From Antedon mediterranea (lineage: Eukaryota > Animalia > Echinodermata): 64,000 nucleotides of DNA. The stretch covers positions 8,980,201 through 9,044,200 of the forward strand of contig NC_092670.1 in NCBI RefSeq assembly GCF_964355755.1. Direction: 5' to 3'. Under the pieces are notes generated by a model that saw nothing but the letters and a program-made list of their open reading frames with translations, searched no databases and was not told where the DNA came from. Shown here piece after piece: positions 13,517 to 25,949 of this stretch. The position numbers were made by a program, and so were the translations under genes. Within the stretch, counting starts at the first letter, position 1; each line of letters begins with the position of its first letter.

Positions 13517-13921
13517 TGTCATATTATTTATGTTGTGATTCTCTGTGTTTAGAGAAGGATGCTTTAGACCAGGTCCGCCTTATATTATTAGCCAATCAAA
13601 ATCGTATAATTTTTGGAGGGAAAATGTTATCCTCCTCTGAAGCCTAAAATTTGCATATCCAGTATAAAAGTGGAATGTAATAGATATTAGAGAAGAAGAG
13701 AGAATAAGATCAGAGTAGATAAACGGAAAGATGATAAAGAGAATATTAAGGCTTGACTGGTAGTGGTAGAAAGATGTATTAATCGAATTACAAGGAATAA
13801 AAGTTCTAGTTGAGTTAAATATACCTTTTGTATGAGTTATCATTCAGTGACAGCTGTGTACGTCGCGTGGAAATATATACGCCTGAGAAAGCTCGGAACC
13901 AACTAAAATAAATTCACTACA
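13517..13921 (+). mobile_element. Solo LTR (405 bp)
   Basis: TGT...ACA ends, 5-bp TSD ACAAG (13512-13516, 13922-13926), TATAAAA at ~13663, AATAAA at ~13796 and ~13907; empty site in Kolobok copy 2 at ~31664. Confidence 0.9.
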
Positions 13922-15816
13922 ACAAGCTATTGCTGTAATGCCACAATCAACACATCAATTAATAGTTGAAAATAAATTGTCAACAATAATGCAGAAATTC
14001 AATGAAATATACAAGTAATTAACTCATTTTTTACTGTACTGTACTGTAAATCTTCACACATTAAAATTATGGTGATTTTATCTCATGTACTGTAGTAGTA
14101 TTTTTTATTTATTTAATGCTGTATACAAATGTTATTGCTCGAATTATGAAAACTATACAACATTTTAAAAGCTGGAAAACAACCAACACATTTGCCTAAT
14201 GCTTTATGATAGTCATCCAATATTTATCTTGTGTTCCACTACCGAGTCTACTGCCAGTTGCCTTTAAAATGCTGTATGGGTGTAACTTCTGTTCCAGTCT
14301 TCATTAGCTTAAGTCTATAAATTGAAAAACAATGATGTATAAATACAAAAGTCAAATAGAAAAGTTAAATATTTCACAATTTATTGCATACATATAATTA
14401 TTATTTCTGTACATGAATCTGAAGTTTTCAATTTGGGGTACTAATGTACAGTAAGGAATCCCTGAAAAGTGCATCTCCTCCCTAAAAAAGGCCTAGTCTA
14501 ATTACTAGTGTTTTCGTTTTGGTTGCTATCAACAACAATCTATTCTACCGTCAACTTCTTTGGTACTGTATGCTGATCATTTTCCAAATGTTCGTTTTTT
14601 GTCATCAGTTAGTCTTTTTTAGACTTTAAAATTAATTCGAGCTCCAAATGTATATCAGTGGTACATCAACATAGTAGGCCTATTTCCTGTAGCTAGTTGT
14701 GGAGTGATGGCTTAGCTAGGTGAGTACGACATATATGACCTAGCTAGGCCTCAAAGTGGGTTCCCGTCTTCTTTTCTGACCCGATTATCTGCCTGCCTAC
14801 AGCTGCTGCTACACTACACTACACAGTAGTAGTAAACTACAGTACTAACTAGGCCTAGTAGGCTCTACTAGATAGTAGAAGTAGGCTTATATTATAGCCC
14901 TAGCCTAGATAGCTAAGCCTATAACTATACGCCAAAAACTATTATAGGAGGATGTGTCATTCATCTAAAATAGAATTCTACTTACCAGCAAATTAACGGC
15001 AGAGCTTTTTACATCATACGATCAGGGAAACCCCAGCACTTTCTTCTGTTCTTCGCACATGTTTGTTTACGTGGTGAACAGATCGGATCTCCCCTGTTTG
15101 GATACTCATTAACATATCATGAATATTTATGAGCTGTTAGCTAACCATCGTTATTTTGGAATTTCTGAACTTATGAGTTCGAAAAAATGGTAAACTTATT
15201 TTGATTTTTTATAAGCGAAATCAATATTTTTTCGGATTTTTTTTCGGCGAAAGTGAATAACTTTATTATAACTACAAAATGGTCTATTCAAAATTTGATT
15301 TTTTTCATCTTTATTTTTCATGTTTTGGGGGACAATACAACTTTAATGCTGATTTATGGCTAGGCGTAAAATAAGACGTGGTAGGAGGATGATTGCTGGC
15401 AGCGAAGCAGCAATAAATGGGCCCAATCTTGTTAGCAACGTCGCATGACATGATTTATATTACGACCTGTTTTAACGAGAGGTCAAAATAGACCCTGAGG
15501 ACACTTCCAACACGGTAACGGCGACCGGGAATCCACCAAATGTTAGGATTCAGCCAAGTAGCCTTTTTTGCAATTAAAATCTCATTACACGGAATCTCTA
15601 TGGGCCCGTTTGCGATTTTTTTTTTCGTACATAAGTTGGGGACCCCCTCATGAAACGTTACAAAATTAACATGAATAATTCATCAGTTAAATTTTCTTGT
15701 TCCGTGTGCACCCAAGCGTATAGCAACAAGAAGTGATTACACAACTGCGATACGATACTTTTACAGTAGGCCTAGGATTCTAAGTCAATTCACGTGATTG
15801 CCTTCGCGCACTCTTC

Positions 15817-15817
<1 letters not shown>

Positions 15818-15849
<32 letters not shown>
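15818..15849. repeat. (CA)n microsatellite
   Basis: Direct reading. Confidence 0.95.
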
Positions 15850-15850
<1 letters not shown>

Positions 15851-15939
15851 ACTATGTAAAATGTGTCGAGTCGAGGCTAATCGACAGCTAGGCAAGACAT
15901 TACACTAAGTAGTAATTCATTGGATATAGCCCAAAGAAA

Positions 15940-17026
15940 GGGTGTCACGAAAGCTCAGACCACGAAAGCTCAGACCCCCTAAGACCTAAGATCACGAAAG
16001 CTAAGACCCAACACCTAAGATTACAAATATTTATCTTTCGCACCTGCCTTGTATTTTTAACTCCCAACATTTATTCTGAATACCACACCTTAGAATTGGC
16101 ACTTTCATGAAAAAGAATCACATAAAAAGTAACAAATACATTTTTAAATTGATGATTTTACAGACGTTTTTCTCGCACACAAAATTACTAGCCTACAGTA
16201 CAGTAGGCCTACCCCATGGGCCATTTTCAATGTTTTTGTTTCTATGGAACGTCAAAAGAGCAAAAATTATATAGAGGGCTGAAAACTCTGTGGAGTCCAT
16301 CTACAGTGTGGATGGAACAATGTAAAATTAAAATTGTAATGATAATAGTATAATCATGCAAGTACGAAGAAATAAATACTGGCAAATAAATTTTAATTTA
16401 AAAATCATGATAAGTTTTTTTGTTTCGTTTTCTTTCTGTTTTTATACTTGTACTATTATTGTTGCTCTTTTGGCGCTCCATAGAAACAAAAACATTGAGC
16501 ATGGGGAGCTCGAAGAGTTACATTGTCATTACAGTATACAAAGAAACACATCTGTAAAATCATCAATTTAAAGGATTTATTTATTTGTTATTATGTGTTT
16601 CTCCTTCTAAAAGTACTTATAAGTCCTAATTTTAAAGTGTGGTGTTCAAGATAAAGTTAGTCAACAAATTTGGAGTCAAAATACAAGAAAGGCAGGTGCG
16701 TAAGAAAAACATCCTCTGAACCAACACAATGGAGTAAATATATACCAACAAACAACCCGTCAAGTTTGTTTGTTGTAAAGAAAAAATATACATTTACTCA
16801 ACGGGCGAAAATAATGTGAGTTTATCTATGTTTTGCGGTAGTATTAAATTATATTTATGGTAATAAATGAAACCTACTGTGTTTAAAATTATGTATGGAT
16901 AAACAAGTATTGTTTTTAAGCTGTAGTATATCTTAGTATTTGTAATCTTAGGTGTTGGGTCTTAGCTTTCGTGATCTTAGGTCTTAGGGGGTCTGAGCTT
17001 TCGTGGTCTGAGCTTTCGTGACACCC
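15940..17026. mobile_element. Mutator-like MITE with 10-bp TSD, copy 1, nested in the 15612-17510 element
   Basis: ~90-bp TIR GGGTGTCACGAAAGCTCAGACC...; TSD CCCAAAGAAA; near-identical copy at 57188-58266. Confidence 0.9.
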
Positions 17027-17869
17027 CCCAAAGAAAGCTTAGACCCACAAGAATAAAGAATGTGTATAATTTGTGTACTGTATTTTTTTAATTCTGCTAT
17101 TTTATTATCAAACAATATGCATGTAATCAAAGGAACTGCGCGTATATGAACACTAGAATAGACATGGGTTTAGAGAATAGCAATTAGGCCTAATTATAGT
17201 ATCAATAGAAACTATAATTTTAACACGTAATTCTTTAGTAATAAATTATATTAAACACACCATAAACTAAAGGCTGATTATTTCGACAATCCACACAAAA
17301 CGCCGCTATTCTATTATGAAATCGCACGCGGCAACCACAGCGGAGATAGGCCTAGAATCGTACCGCACTTGTGTAAACTACTGTAATCACTTCTTGTTGC
17401 TATACGCTTGGGTGCACACGGAACAAGAAAATTTAACTGATGAATTATTCATGTTTATTTTGTGACGTTTCATGAGGGGGTCCCCAACTTATGTACGAAA
17501 AAAAAATCGCGGCCCGTTTACGAACAGCAAGTATCCGGATAACTTTTCATCTTTTGGGGTCATTAATCATGCCTTAATGACCCTTAATGACTTTTTTGAG
17601 TACTACCACCTGGGTTATCCGGACCAACCTCAGCCCGGCAAATTTGGAGGGTTGGCTTGTCCTCAGGGGAGTTGAAGGCGACCTTGCTGGATTAAACAAT
17701 GTATTTTATGAGATAATCACGCAAATCAGGCTGAAAATAAGGCCATGAGTAGCCGGATACCTAGAAGTCTGTAAACGGTAGGGAGAATTTTGATTTAGCC
17801 TTGTCAGGAGAGACCTCTGGCATATCCAGATACTTTAAATGTTCATAAACACAACCTTTGTTGTTATAC

Positions 17870-18323
17870 CAAAGATTGTATAGCGCCGCTACGCGGCGCA
17901 AGATAGGTAACTGTTGCCAAGCTCCTATCTTATAACACTACGCGCCCAGTAAATCCATGGACGCCATTCGGGCGGATAGGTTATTATTGTGATTTAAATG
18001 TAAATGGTTTAAACTTTGCGGTCCGCCTCGAAGTATCTGTGGTTAACCATCTTGATGAATGATTCATGGAAAAGGGAAGAAATTATGTAAACAAAGTAAA
18101 ATAAAAGTTTCTTTGGGATCTGGACACTTACCGATTAATTCTGTGTGTTTACATTGATACGTTTGGTTAGACAACTTCGTTCTTTAACCGAAACATCGTG
18201 GATATTGCCTTGACAACGACTTTATTCCGGTTCAAATTTGTCCGCCGGAATGGCGTCCATGGATTACAAAGGTTTCACCCAGTTACCTATCTTGCGCCGC
18301 TACGCGGCGCTATACAATCTTTG
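17870..18323. mobile_element. P-like MITE (CA..TG ends, 7-bp TSD)
   Basis: ~44-bp TIR CAAAGATTGTATAGCGCCGC..GATAGGTAACTG; TSD GTTATAC at 17863-17869 and, displaced by the Academ insertion, 22337-22343. Confidence 0.8.
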
Positions 18324-19084
18324 TAGTAGAGCAGTTAACGCCATAAAAATAGCCAAGTTGTGCACTTTATTACCAAAGCATGAAACTTTCCACAAAGTTT
18401 CTTTGATGTATATAGATTAAAAATATCGGGGGGTGCCAAGTGTCCAACGTCCGGTATGGCGGCCATCTTGATTTCAAAATGGCCACCATAAAAACAAAAA
18501 GTGTTCATATCTTGGCAACTATAAACAGTGGAGACTTGATTCTGGTGTTAAATTGTTCACAAACCACATATTTCTATTTGTTCTAATGTAAAGTTTCGTC
18601 CAAAAAATGACCGGAAATGACGTTTCTTCCAGTTTGACCTTTGACCTCTTATTTGTATATCTCAATAACTACTAATCATTTTCAATCGATTTTGGTGTCA
18701 TTTTGTTCAGAATAGAGACATTTATATTTGTAGTAATGAAACATTTTAACATAAAATGACTGGAAATACAATTTATAACCTTTGACATATATAATTATGT
18801 GAACATACTGTATGTGGTTTACATTGGTATAAATGCACCTAATTTTTATACCGAAATAAATGACACATAACGCAAAAATGACCAGGAATTATTATTCTGA
18901 ATTTTTGACGTTTGATGTGATAGGATAGGCATAAAGTATGACAGATCACTGAGCTCATCTATGCCGACTTGTTTGATGTGTCAATCGTTAGATAACAGTT
19001 TTGGTCCTCTCTCCTTTATCTTTTCTTTTCTTTTTTTTAAATGTATTATACCATATGTTGAATTGAATTGTTAGATGCCATTTG

Positions 19085-19400
19085 GAAAAATTTTTGATGT
19101 AAAGTAGCATTCTTTCGTTGGCCTCTTTGATGTTGCATATGAGACAAGTTCGGAAAGTTCTCATTTTCGTGAGTTAAGAGAAGAGAACACCATCTTTCAA
19201 AGTACTTACTACAAACTTATCCTGCATTTGTGCAGTAGACCTACTTTCATTAGTCAAAAACTCAGATAATTCTTGTTCATTTTCGTTGCATCTAAAAAAA
19301 TGTACTCCATTTTTATGGTATTGCTGTAAACCTTTCATCTGAATCATTTTCTCTAGTCATTGATTTTTTAGCAAAATCCGAACCAAATCAATTCGTAAAA
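19085..19400 (-). pseudogene. Degraded Academ transposase fragment
   Basis: Minus-strand translation gives KWSTFF/RCNENEQELSEFL and CNIKEANERMLLY, resembling the Academ motifs W..FL....NK..L..FL and C.HEEAD.RMLLH. Confidence 0.5.
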
Positions 19401-19570
19401 GACATCTCATTATAATTATTCAAATAATCCTCAAATTAGTGACATGGACCTACAATATACTGTTCTGTACAAGACCTTTTTAGGCATCCACCTGTGGACT
19501 TTCACTTTGAAGGTCTTGGTCTCCTATCATACAAGAAACAATGTCTGATTTAATCAATCAAAGCAGTGGG

Positions 19571-21395
19571 TCCAGACAAAGAAGGGGGTGTAAGACCATC
19601 CACATACAAAGAAGGGGGTGTAAGACCATCCATATACAAAGGAGTGGGTATAAGACCATCCACAGACAAAGAAGGGGATATAAGACCATCCACAGACAAA
19701 TAAAGAAGGGGTGTAAGACCATCCACAGACAAAGAAGGGGGTATAAGACCATCCACAGACAAAGAAAGGGGTATAAGGCCATCTACAGACAAAGAAGGGG
19801 TGTAGGACCGTCCACAGACAAAGAAGGGGTTGTAAGACCATCCACTGACAAAGAAAGGGTATAAGACCATCCACAGACAAAGAAGGGGGTGTAGGACCGT
19901 CCACAGACAAAGAAAGGGGTGTAAGACCATCCACTGACAAAGAAATGTGTATAGGACTACTTACAGACAAAGAAGGGGGTATAAGACCATCCACAGACAA
20001 AGAAGGGGTGTAGGACCATTCACAGACAAGGAAGGAGGTGTAGGACCATCCACAGACAAAGAAGGAGAGGTAAGACCATCCACAAACAAAGAAGGGGGTA
20101 TAAGACCATCCACAGACAAAGAAGGGGGTGTAAGACCATCCACAGACAAAGAAGGGGGTGTAGGACCGTCCACAGACAAAGAAGGGGTGTAAGACCATCC
20201 ACTGACAAAGAAATGTGTATAGGACTACTTACAGACAAAGAAGGGGGTATAAGACCATCCACAGACAAAGAAGGGGGTGTAGGACCATCCACAGACAAAG
20301 AAGGGGTGTCGGACCATCTACAAACAAAGAAAGGGATGTAAGACCACCCACAGACAAAGAAGGGGTACAAGACCATCCACACACAAAGAAGGGATTATAA
20401 GACCACCAATAGACAAAGAAGGGGTGTAAGACCATCCACTGACAAAGAAAGTGGTATAGGACCACTTACAGATCAAGAAGAGGGTATAAGACCATCCACA
20501 GACAAAGAAGGGGGTGTAGGACCATCCACAGACAAAGAAGGGGTGTCGGACCATCTACAAACAAAGAAAGGGATGTAAGACCACCCACAGACAAAGAAGG
20601 GGTACAAGACCATCCACACACAAAGAAGGGATTATAAGACCACCAACAGACAAAGAAGGGGGTGTAGGACCATCGACAGACAAAGAAGGGGGTATAGGAC
20701 CATCGACAGATAAAGAAGGGGTGTTAGACCATCTACAAACAAAGAAGGAGGTGTAGGACCATCGACAGACAAAGAAGGGGGTGTAGGACCACCCACAGAC
20801 AAAGAAGGGGGTGTAGGACCACCCACAGACAAAGAAGGGGTACAAGACCATCCACACACAAAGAAGGGATTATAAGACCACCGACAGACAAAGAAGGGGG
20901 TATAGGACCATCGACAGACAAAGAAGGGGGTATAGGACCATCCACAGACAAAGAAGGGGTGTTAGACCATCTACAGACAAAGAAAGGGGTGTAAGACCAT
21001 CCACACACAAAGAAAGGGGTTTAATACCATCAACAGACAAAGAAAGGGGTGTAATACCATCAACAGACAAAGAAGGGGGTATAAGACCATCCACAGACAC
21101 AGAAGGGGGTGTAATACCATCCACAGATCAAGAAAGGGGGTGTAATACCATCTACAGACAAAGAAAGGGGTGTAAGACCATCCACACACAAAGAAAGGGG
21201 TGTAATACCATCCACTGACAAAGAAAGGGGTGTAATACCATCAACAGACAAAGAAAGGGTGTAATACCATCACCAGACAAAGAAGGGGGTAGGCCTATAA
21301 GACCATCCACAGACACAGAAGGGGGTATAAGACCATCCACAGATCAAGAAAGGGGTGTAAGACCATCTACAGACAAAGAAGGAGGGTTAGGACCA
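19571..21395. repeat. 29-30 bp minisatellite (~60 units) inside the Academ element
   Basis: Unit ~ACCATCCACAGACAAAGAAGGGGGTGTAAG; explains the many overlapping repetitive ORFs at 19.5-21.3 kb. Confidence 0.95.
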
Positions 21396-23199
21396 TATTA
21401 ACCCAGGAAGCATACAAAAAGAAGATGCAATCAAAATAGGCCTACCACTTCGAAAACAATAAATTGTAGAATAACTGAGGCTTAATTGTTGAAATATAAA
21501 GGGTTCTTTGTAAGTTCATTAATAATATATTGATATAAACACGATCATCATACTAATTATTTGAAATTCAAATACAGTCTATATCGAAAAGAGGCTCATA
21601 CTATCACCTTTTTGAGGTTTTACGGTATTCCATACATGTATGTTATTTCCTCTGTCAAACTATTAAAACTTTTAGCGAATCAGAAGGTGCCAACATCGTT
21701 GAACTAATGGTACCACCAAGCACAATGTTTACCAATTTTATGTAGGCTACTATATACAATTCATTAATCATTTAATATAATTACGCCTATCAGGTAAAAT
21801 TTCAAAATTAGGTGCATTTAAGACCAACAAAAACCACATACAGTATATTCACATAATTAAAAATCAATAAATAAATGTCAAAGGTCATAAATTGTTTTTT
21901 CGGTCATTTTATGTGAAAATGTTCCATTACTACAAATATAAATGTACTGTATTTATTCTGAACAAAATGACACCAAAATCGATTGAAAATGACCAGTAGT
22001 TACAAAGATATACAAAGACAAGGTCAAAGGTCAAACTGTAAGAAACGTCATTTCCGGTCATTTGTGGACGAAACTTTTCATTAGAGCAAATAGAAATATA
22101 TAGTTTGTGAACAATTTGAGACCAGAATTAAGTCTCTAATGTGTATAGTTGCCAAGATATGAACATTTTTTGATTTTATGGTGGCCATTTTGAAATCAAG
22201 ATGGCCGCCATACCGGACGTTGGACACTTGGCACCCCCCGATATTTTGAATCTATATACATCAAAGACACTTTGTGGAAAGTTTCATGCTTTGGTAATAA
22301 AGTGCACAGCTCATGTCATTAACTGCTCTACTATTGGTTATACAACACACTTCTCGTAGGCGTGTAGAATATGCATGTAATGCGTGTTGTATAAACGCGC
22401 TCTTTGACGCGATGGTAGCAGCAAAACTGTAAACTTACATGGAACAAACCTGACCTGACAACCTTGAGACAGGATACAAATGCCTATCCTGCACCAATTC
22501 AACACATTTAAGATGAACTTCCTTATTATAAATAGTTCATAATTGTAAACTTAATGGTCTTGTTCAGGAAGTGAGGTTTATAAAGGAAACATCTGAAAAT
22601 AATATTGTACAGTAACAGATACTAAGTATGTTAACTAATTTTTTGCCTGTTCATCTTCAAGAATTGTGAATGTATGAATTGTTTAATTAATACAAATTAC
22701 AAGCTAAAATCGGCGAAAATGATGAATTATGAAATGAATTGTATAGCATTGTCAAACCTATTAAAAAGTCAACCACGGATCTAGATGTATGAATAATAAC
22801 ACAGACAAGTATAGCCATCCATTAACAACATTTACATTCGGAATTAAATTGTAAAGTATATATTATCGTTGGATAATATATAGAATGGGGGCGTAAATAT
22901 TTGCAACAATGAATAATTGTTCTGAAAGATATTTTCGCGTAAATTTCTTTCCTATTACTATACCGGAAATGTTGTCTATTAACAATCTCCTACAATGTAC
23001 TACAATGGGTACTGACATTTATTGACGCATTCTCAATTAAAATATGATGTAAAATAGTGTTAAATGAACCGGGGAAATCGATAAAGATAGACCATTAACA
23101 TAACTTTGTTTGGATCAAGGCGTTGGTAAATATTATGGAGAAAAGAATTAACAGCATCGTTGAGCTCTAGATGCAAATTGGTTCTTATCTAGGCTACAT

Positions 23200-23430
23200 T
23201 ACAAATGTTTCCTTGAGTCTTGATACATTCAATCGTTTTAAACATTAAATTAGAAGTATTTGTAACCGGCTTAAAATCTGTTGGTACACTGGGTCTATTT
23301 ACTTTTGGCAATGGGTTGATAATATAAATATACGCGTGGAACAGTAGGCCTACCACTAATAAAAAATACTTGAAAATATAAGTGAAAATCGGACATAATT
23401 GCTTATTGCACACTTTCAAAATTCTAATTT
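23200..23430 (-). pseudogene. LINE reverse transcriptase fragment (Rex1/Babar-like)
   Basis: RILKVCNKQLCPIFTYIF..IINPLPKVNRPSVPTDFKPVTNTSNLMFKTIE matches the RT N-terminal motif I.PVPK...P..LNDYRPVALTS..MK.FE. Confidence 0.7.
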
Positions 23431-23502
23431 CCTTTTGTTTTCGATTTAATAAAAAAAAATGAACGGACATAAAATAACATTGTGAGGCACTGTAAAAAAA
23501 CC

Positions 23503-23505
<3 letters not shown>

Positions 23506-23563
<58 letters not shown>
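23506..23563. repeat. (TA)n microsatellite
   Basis: Direct reading. Confidence 0.95.
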
Positions 23564-23567
<4 letters not shown>

Positions 23568-23686
23568 CCAAAGGCAAATTACTGAAAAATGACAATGCTG
23601 TGGGTATCAGTGGCTGGATCTCAATGGAGATACAAAAAAAAGCGAAAAGCTAAATCAAAACGATAAAGTAAAACAGCCAGAAAAAT

Positions 23687-23727
23687 TAGCAGAGCTTTCG
23701 GACAAAACTAGTCCTTCATCAGTGCAA
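23687..23727 (-). ncRNA. Minimal type I hammerhead ribozyme of Penelope-like element type
   Basis: Minus strand GCA-CUGAUGA-A-GGAC-UAGUUUU-GUCC-GAA-AGCU-C-UGC: catalytic core, stem II, palindromic short stem III and stem I pairing. Confidence 0.65.
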
Positions 23728-24083
23728 GTGAAGGAATTTCGATAACGTCATAGCATATATGTTTTATAGTCAAAACAGATTTTGAGAGTACTGGTTATGG
23801 CTGGACTCAAGAAAGAGGTGATGGTTTTGATTGGATGCGGACTTGTGGTGGAAGGGATGGAAGAATTGGTGAAAGAAAAACTGGACCATCAAAGGTCATT
23901 CAGGAAATCGTTGTACGTTTATTAGGGTTATTAGTAGAAATATCTACTAGCACATGAGAGGTTAAGTGTGGTGTAAAATAAACACTTCTAGTGGTCACTA
24001 TGCCAAAATTCTAAATTGTTTTCACATAATGTTTAATACAATAAAATTTCGGAAATATTCAAAAAGCCATATATTATAATTTG

Positions 24084-25400
24084 AACTAGATTTAATTCGT
24101 CACTATGACGAATTTTAGGTTATATGCATTGATTTTAATAATTAAATTCATTTTTTAAATATATATATTGATTTTGTCAGAATCTTTAATTATTTATAAT
24201 ATAGGCCTATGAAGATAGGATCTTGCTAACGCAAATACAATAGCCGGTATCACTATCCGATCAAAGATCTCTCCGCGTATAATATAAACAACCCTTGTTA
24301 CATAATTATAAAGACCTAAGTCATTTTTTTTACCTTTTCATCATAAATCATTCGTAAATTAATCTAACACTAAGAAATGAAATTGAACAAACAATACGGA
24401 TATAAAAAAAATCTTATATCGTTTCCCAAGGTGAGACTCGATCTGGGTACCTTGATTGCTATAGACGCGAGCACAGACCACCGAGCCATACACAACTGAC
24501 TAAAGTTGAAGAAAGATTCCTCCGTGTGTTTACTATGCAGTAACCCTTTTGGCTTTTAACTTCAATATATAAACATTTTAAAGAAGAAGTTAATGTTAAG
24601 TTTGTTATTTCGGCCAAAGAAAATGTCATAGTTTGTTTGATTGTATTAATTTTTTTTAAATTTAATATGCAATGATGACGTAATCAACTTTTTTTTCTCT
24701 TAATTTCATAATAAATCTTCCATGCATATATGATACATATACCTTTAAAAAATGAAAAATAGGGTTTCCCGAGCATTCTGACGATCTATATTCATTTTAA
24801 AATATAGCATATTTTCACCATTTTGTGCGAAGCCGGTCACTTTAACGTGCTTGTATAACGTGGTTTTAAATTGAAAAGTGAATAAAATATGATGAAATTG
24901 CTAAAGAAAGTTTGTAAAACAGAAATCAGGCAAAAAGAGTACCGCAGTATAGTTTAACGCGCAGTGCAAAATTCTGCGCACTCATGGCAATTTTTAAACG
25001 CTTAAAATTGCCTGAAATGTACTCACTACTCACTCATTTTTTTAAATTGTAAGCGCACGTACGCACGCGTTATATGCGCTACGCACGTATTTGCATTTTC
25101 ATATGATGAAATATGATCTGAAATTTACCAAATTTGGTTTAATTATAATACATATGATTGCAAACGTGATTTCATTAAATCACGCGTATACCTTTTTTAT
25201 TGCGCACCATGAAAGGATATCCACATCGACGCGATTCCTGGATATAAGGAATATACTCTGAAAAATTGACGTAGCTAGATGTAATTGGTCTCAAGATAAT
25301 ATTGACGGACAAAACAGTGCTAAGGAAAGAATAAAATAAAGAAATAAAGATTTTTGACAGAATCAATAAGGTTATATGCATGATAATATATAGCCTAATT
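24084..25400 (-). mobile_element. Helentron-associated non-autonomous element (HINE/DINE-1-like), copy 1
   Basis: On minus strand: 5' subterminal inverted repeat GGTTATATGCAT, (TTTA)n tract, 3' hairpin AATTCGTCA-TAG-TGACGAATT then CTAGTT; homologous to 25950-27570. Confidence 0.75.
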
Positions 25401-25439
25401 AAATTTAATTACTAACTGCTTGTTTATTTCCACGTACAG

Positions 25440-25789
25440 GTGATCATTATGTTTACATTAAAACAATATCTACAAGTAACTGGAAGTCAGCTCGCATGAG
25501 AAGTCAATTGTTACCACCAGGGCAACATGTATCTTTATCATTCTACTATCACATGTACGGACATGAAGTTGGATCACTCACGGTTTACAGAAAATCGGAT
25601 TTGGGGGACGAACTGTTATGGAAAAAAAGTGGTAACCAAGGAGATCGGTGGCGAAATGCCGTAGTAGCACAATTTGCGCACAACGGTTATGGAAAAAATT
25701 ACATTGTGTTTGAAGGCTATTGGGAAAAGTAGTTTACCGTAGGGGTGACATCGCAATTGACGACATTCAATATCGGACGCATGCTATCG
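25440..25789 (+). pseudogene. MAM-domain exon (C-terminal part of domain) with one frameshift
   Basis: Phase-1 AG/GT exon: GDHYVYI..ARMRSQLL..LSFYYHMYGHEVGSLTVY..LWKKSGNQGDRWRNAVV..IVFEG / RGDIAIDDI; frame changes at ~25720. Confidence 0.85.
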
Positions 25790-25949
25790 GTTTGTAACTT
25801 TCAAATGAGATTTGTTTTTATTTAATATAAAGATTATATAATTATTACAGACTATACTACTGAAATCAATACAGAGACTATACTACCATAATCTGTTCTT
25901 TGGGAAATGAAAACGAGATATAACAATTTGTGTATAAGATAAAAACATT

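Larger units (their letters stand above)
12435..15342. mobile_element. Non-autonomous Kolobok-type DNA transposon, copy 1
   Basis: TIR AGATGTATTGTCCCC / GGGGACAATACAACT, TTAC left and TTAA right; colinear with 30395-34745. Confidence 0.85.
15612..17510. mobile_element. Non-autonomous Mutator-like element
   Basis: ~130-bp near-perfect TIRs starting GCGATTTTTTT; 9-bp TSD GGCCCGTTT at 15603-15611 and 17511-17519. Confidence 0.9.
18324..22333 (-). mobile_element. Academ-type DNA transposon, internally deleted
   Basis: TAGTAGAGCAGTTAA...TTAACTGCTCTACTA ends, ~520-bp TIRs, 3-bp TSD TTG; degenerate transposase remnant on minus strand. Confidence 0.85.

Noticed and set aside
13381-13647. ORF duplicated at 31533-31766
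   Set aside because: Internal to Kolobok copies, TTG start, runs into a solo LTR in copy 1; no homology recognised
16356-16571. 71-aa ORF with hydrophobic stretch, repeated at 57602-57811
   Set aside because: Lies in both copies of a MITE; AT-rich, no recognisable motif; conservation explained by recent transposition
19541-21340. Many overlapping ORFs with repetitive peptides; array superficially CRISPR-like
   Set aside because: Products of a stop-poor 29-30 bp minisatellite; no unique spacers, no cas genes, eukaryotic context
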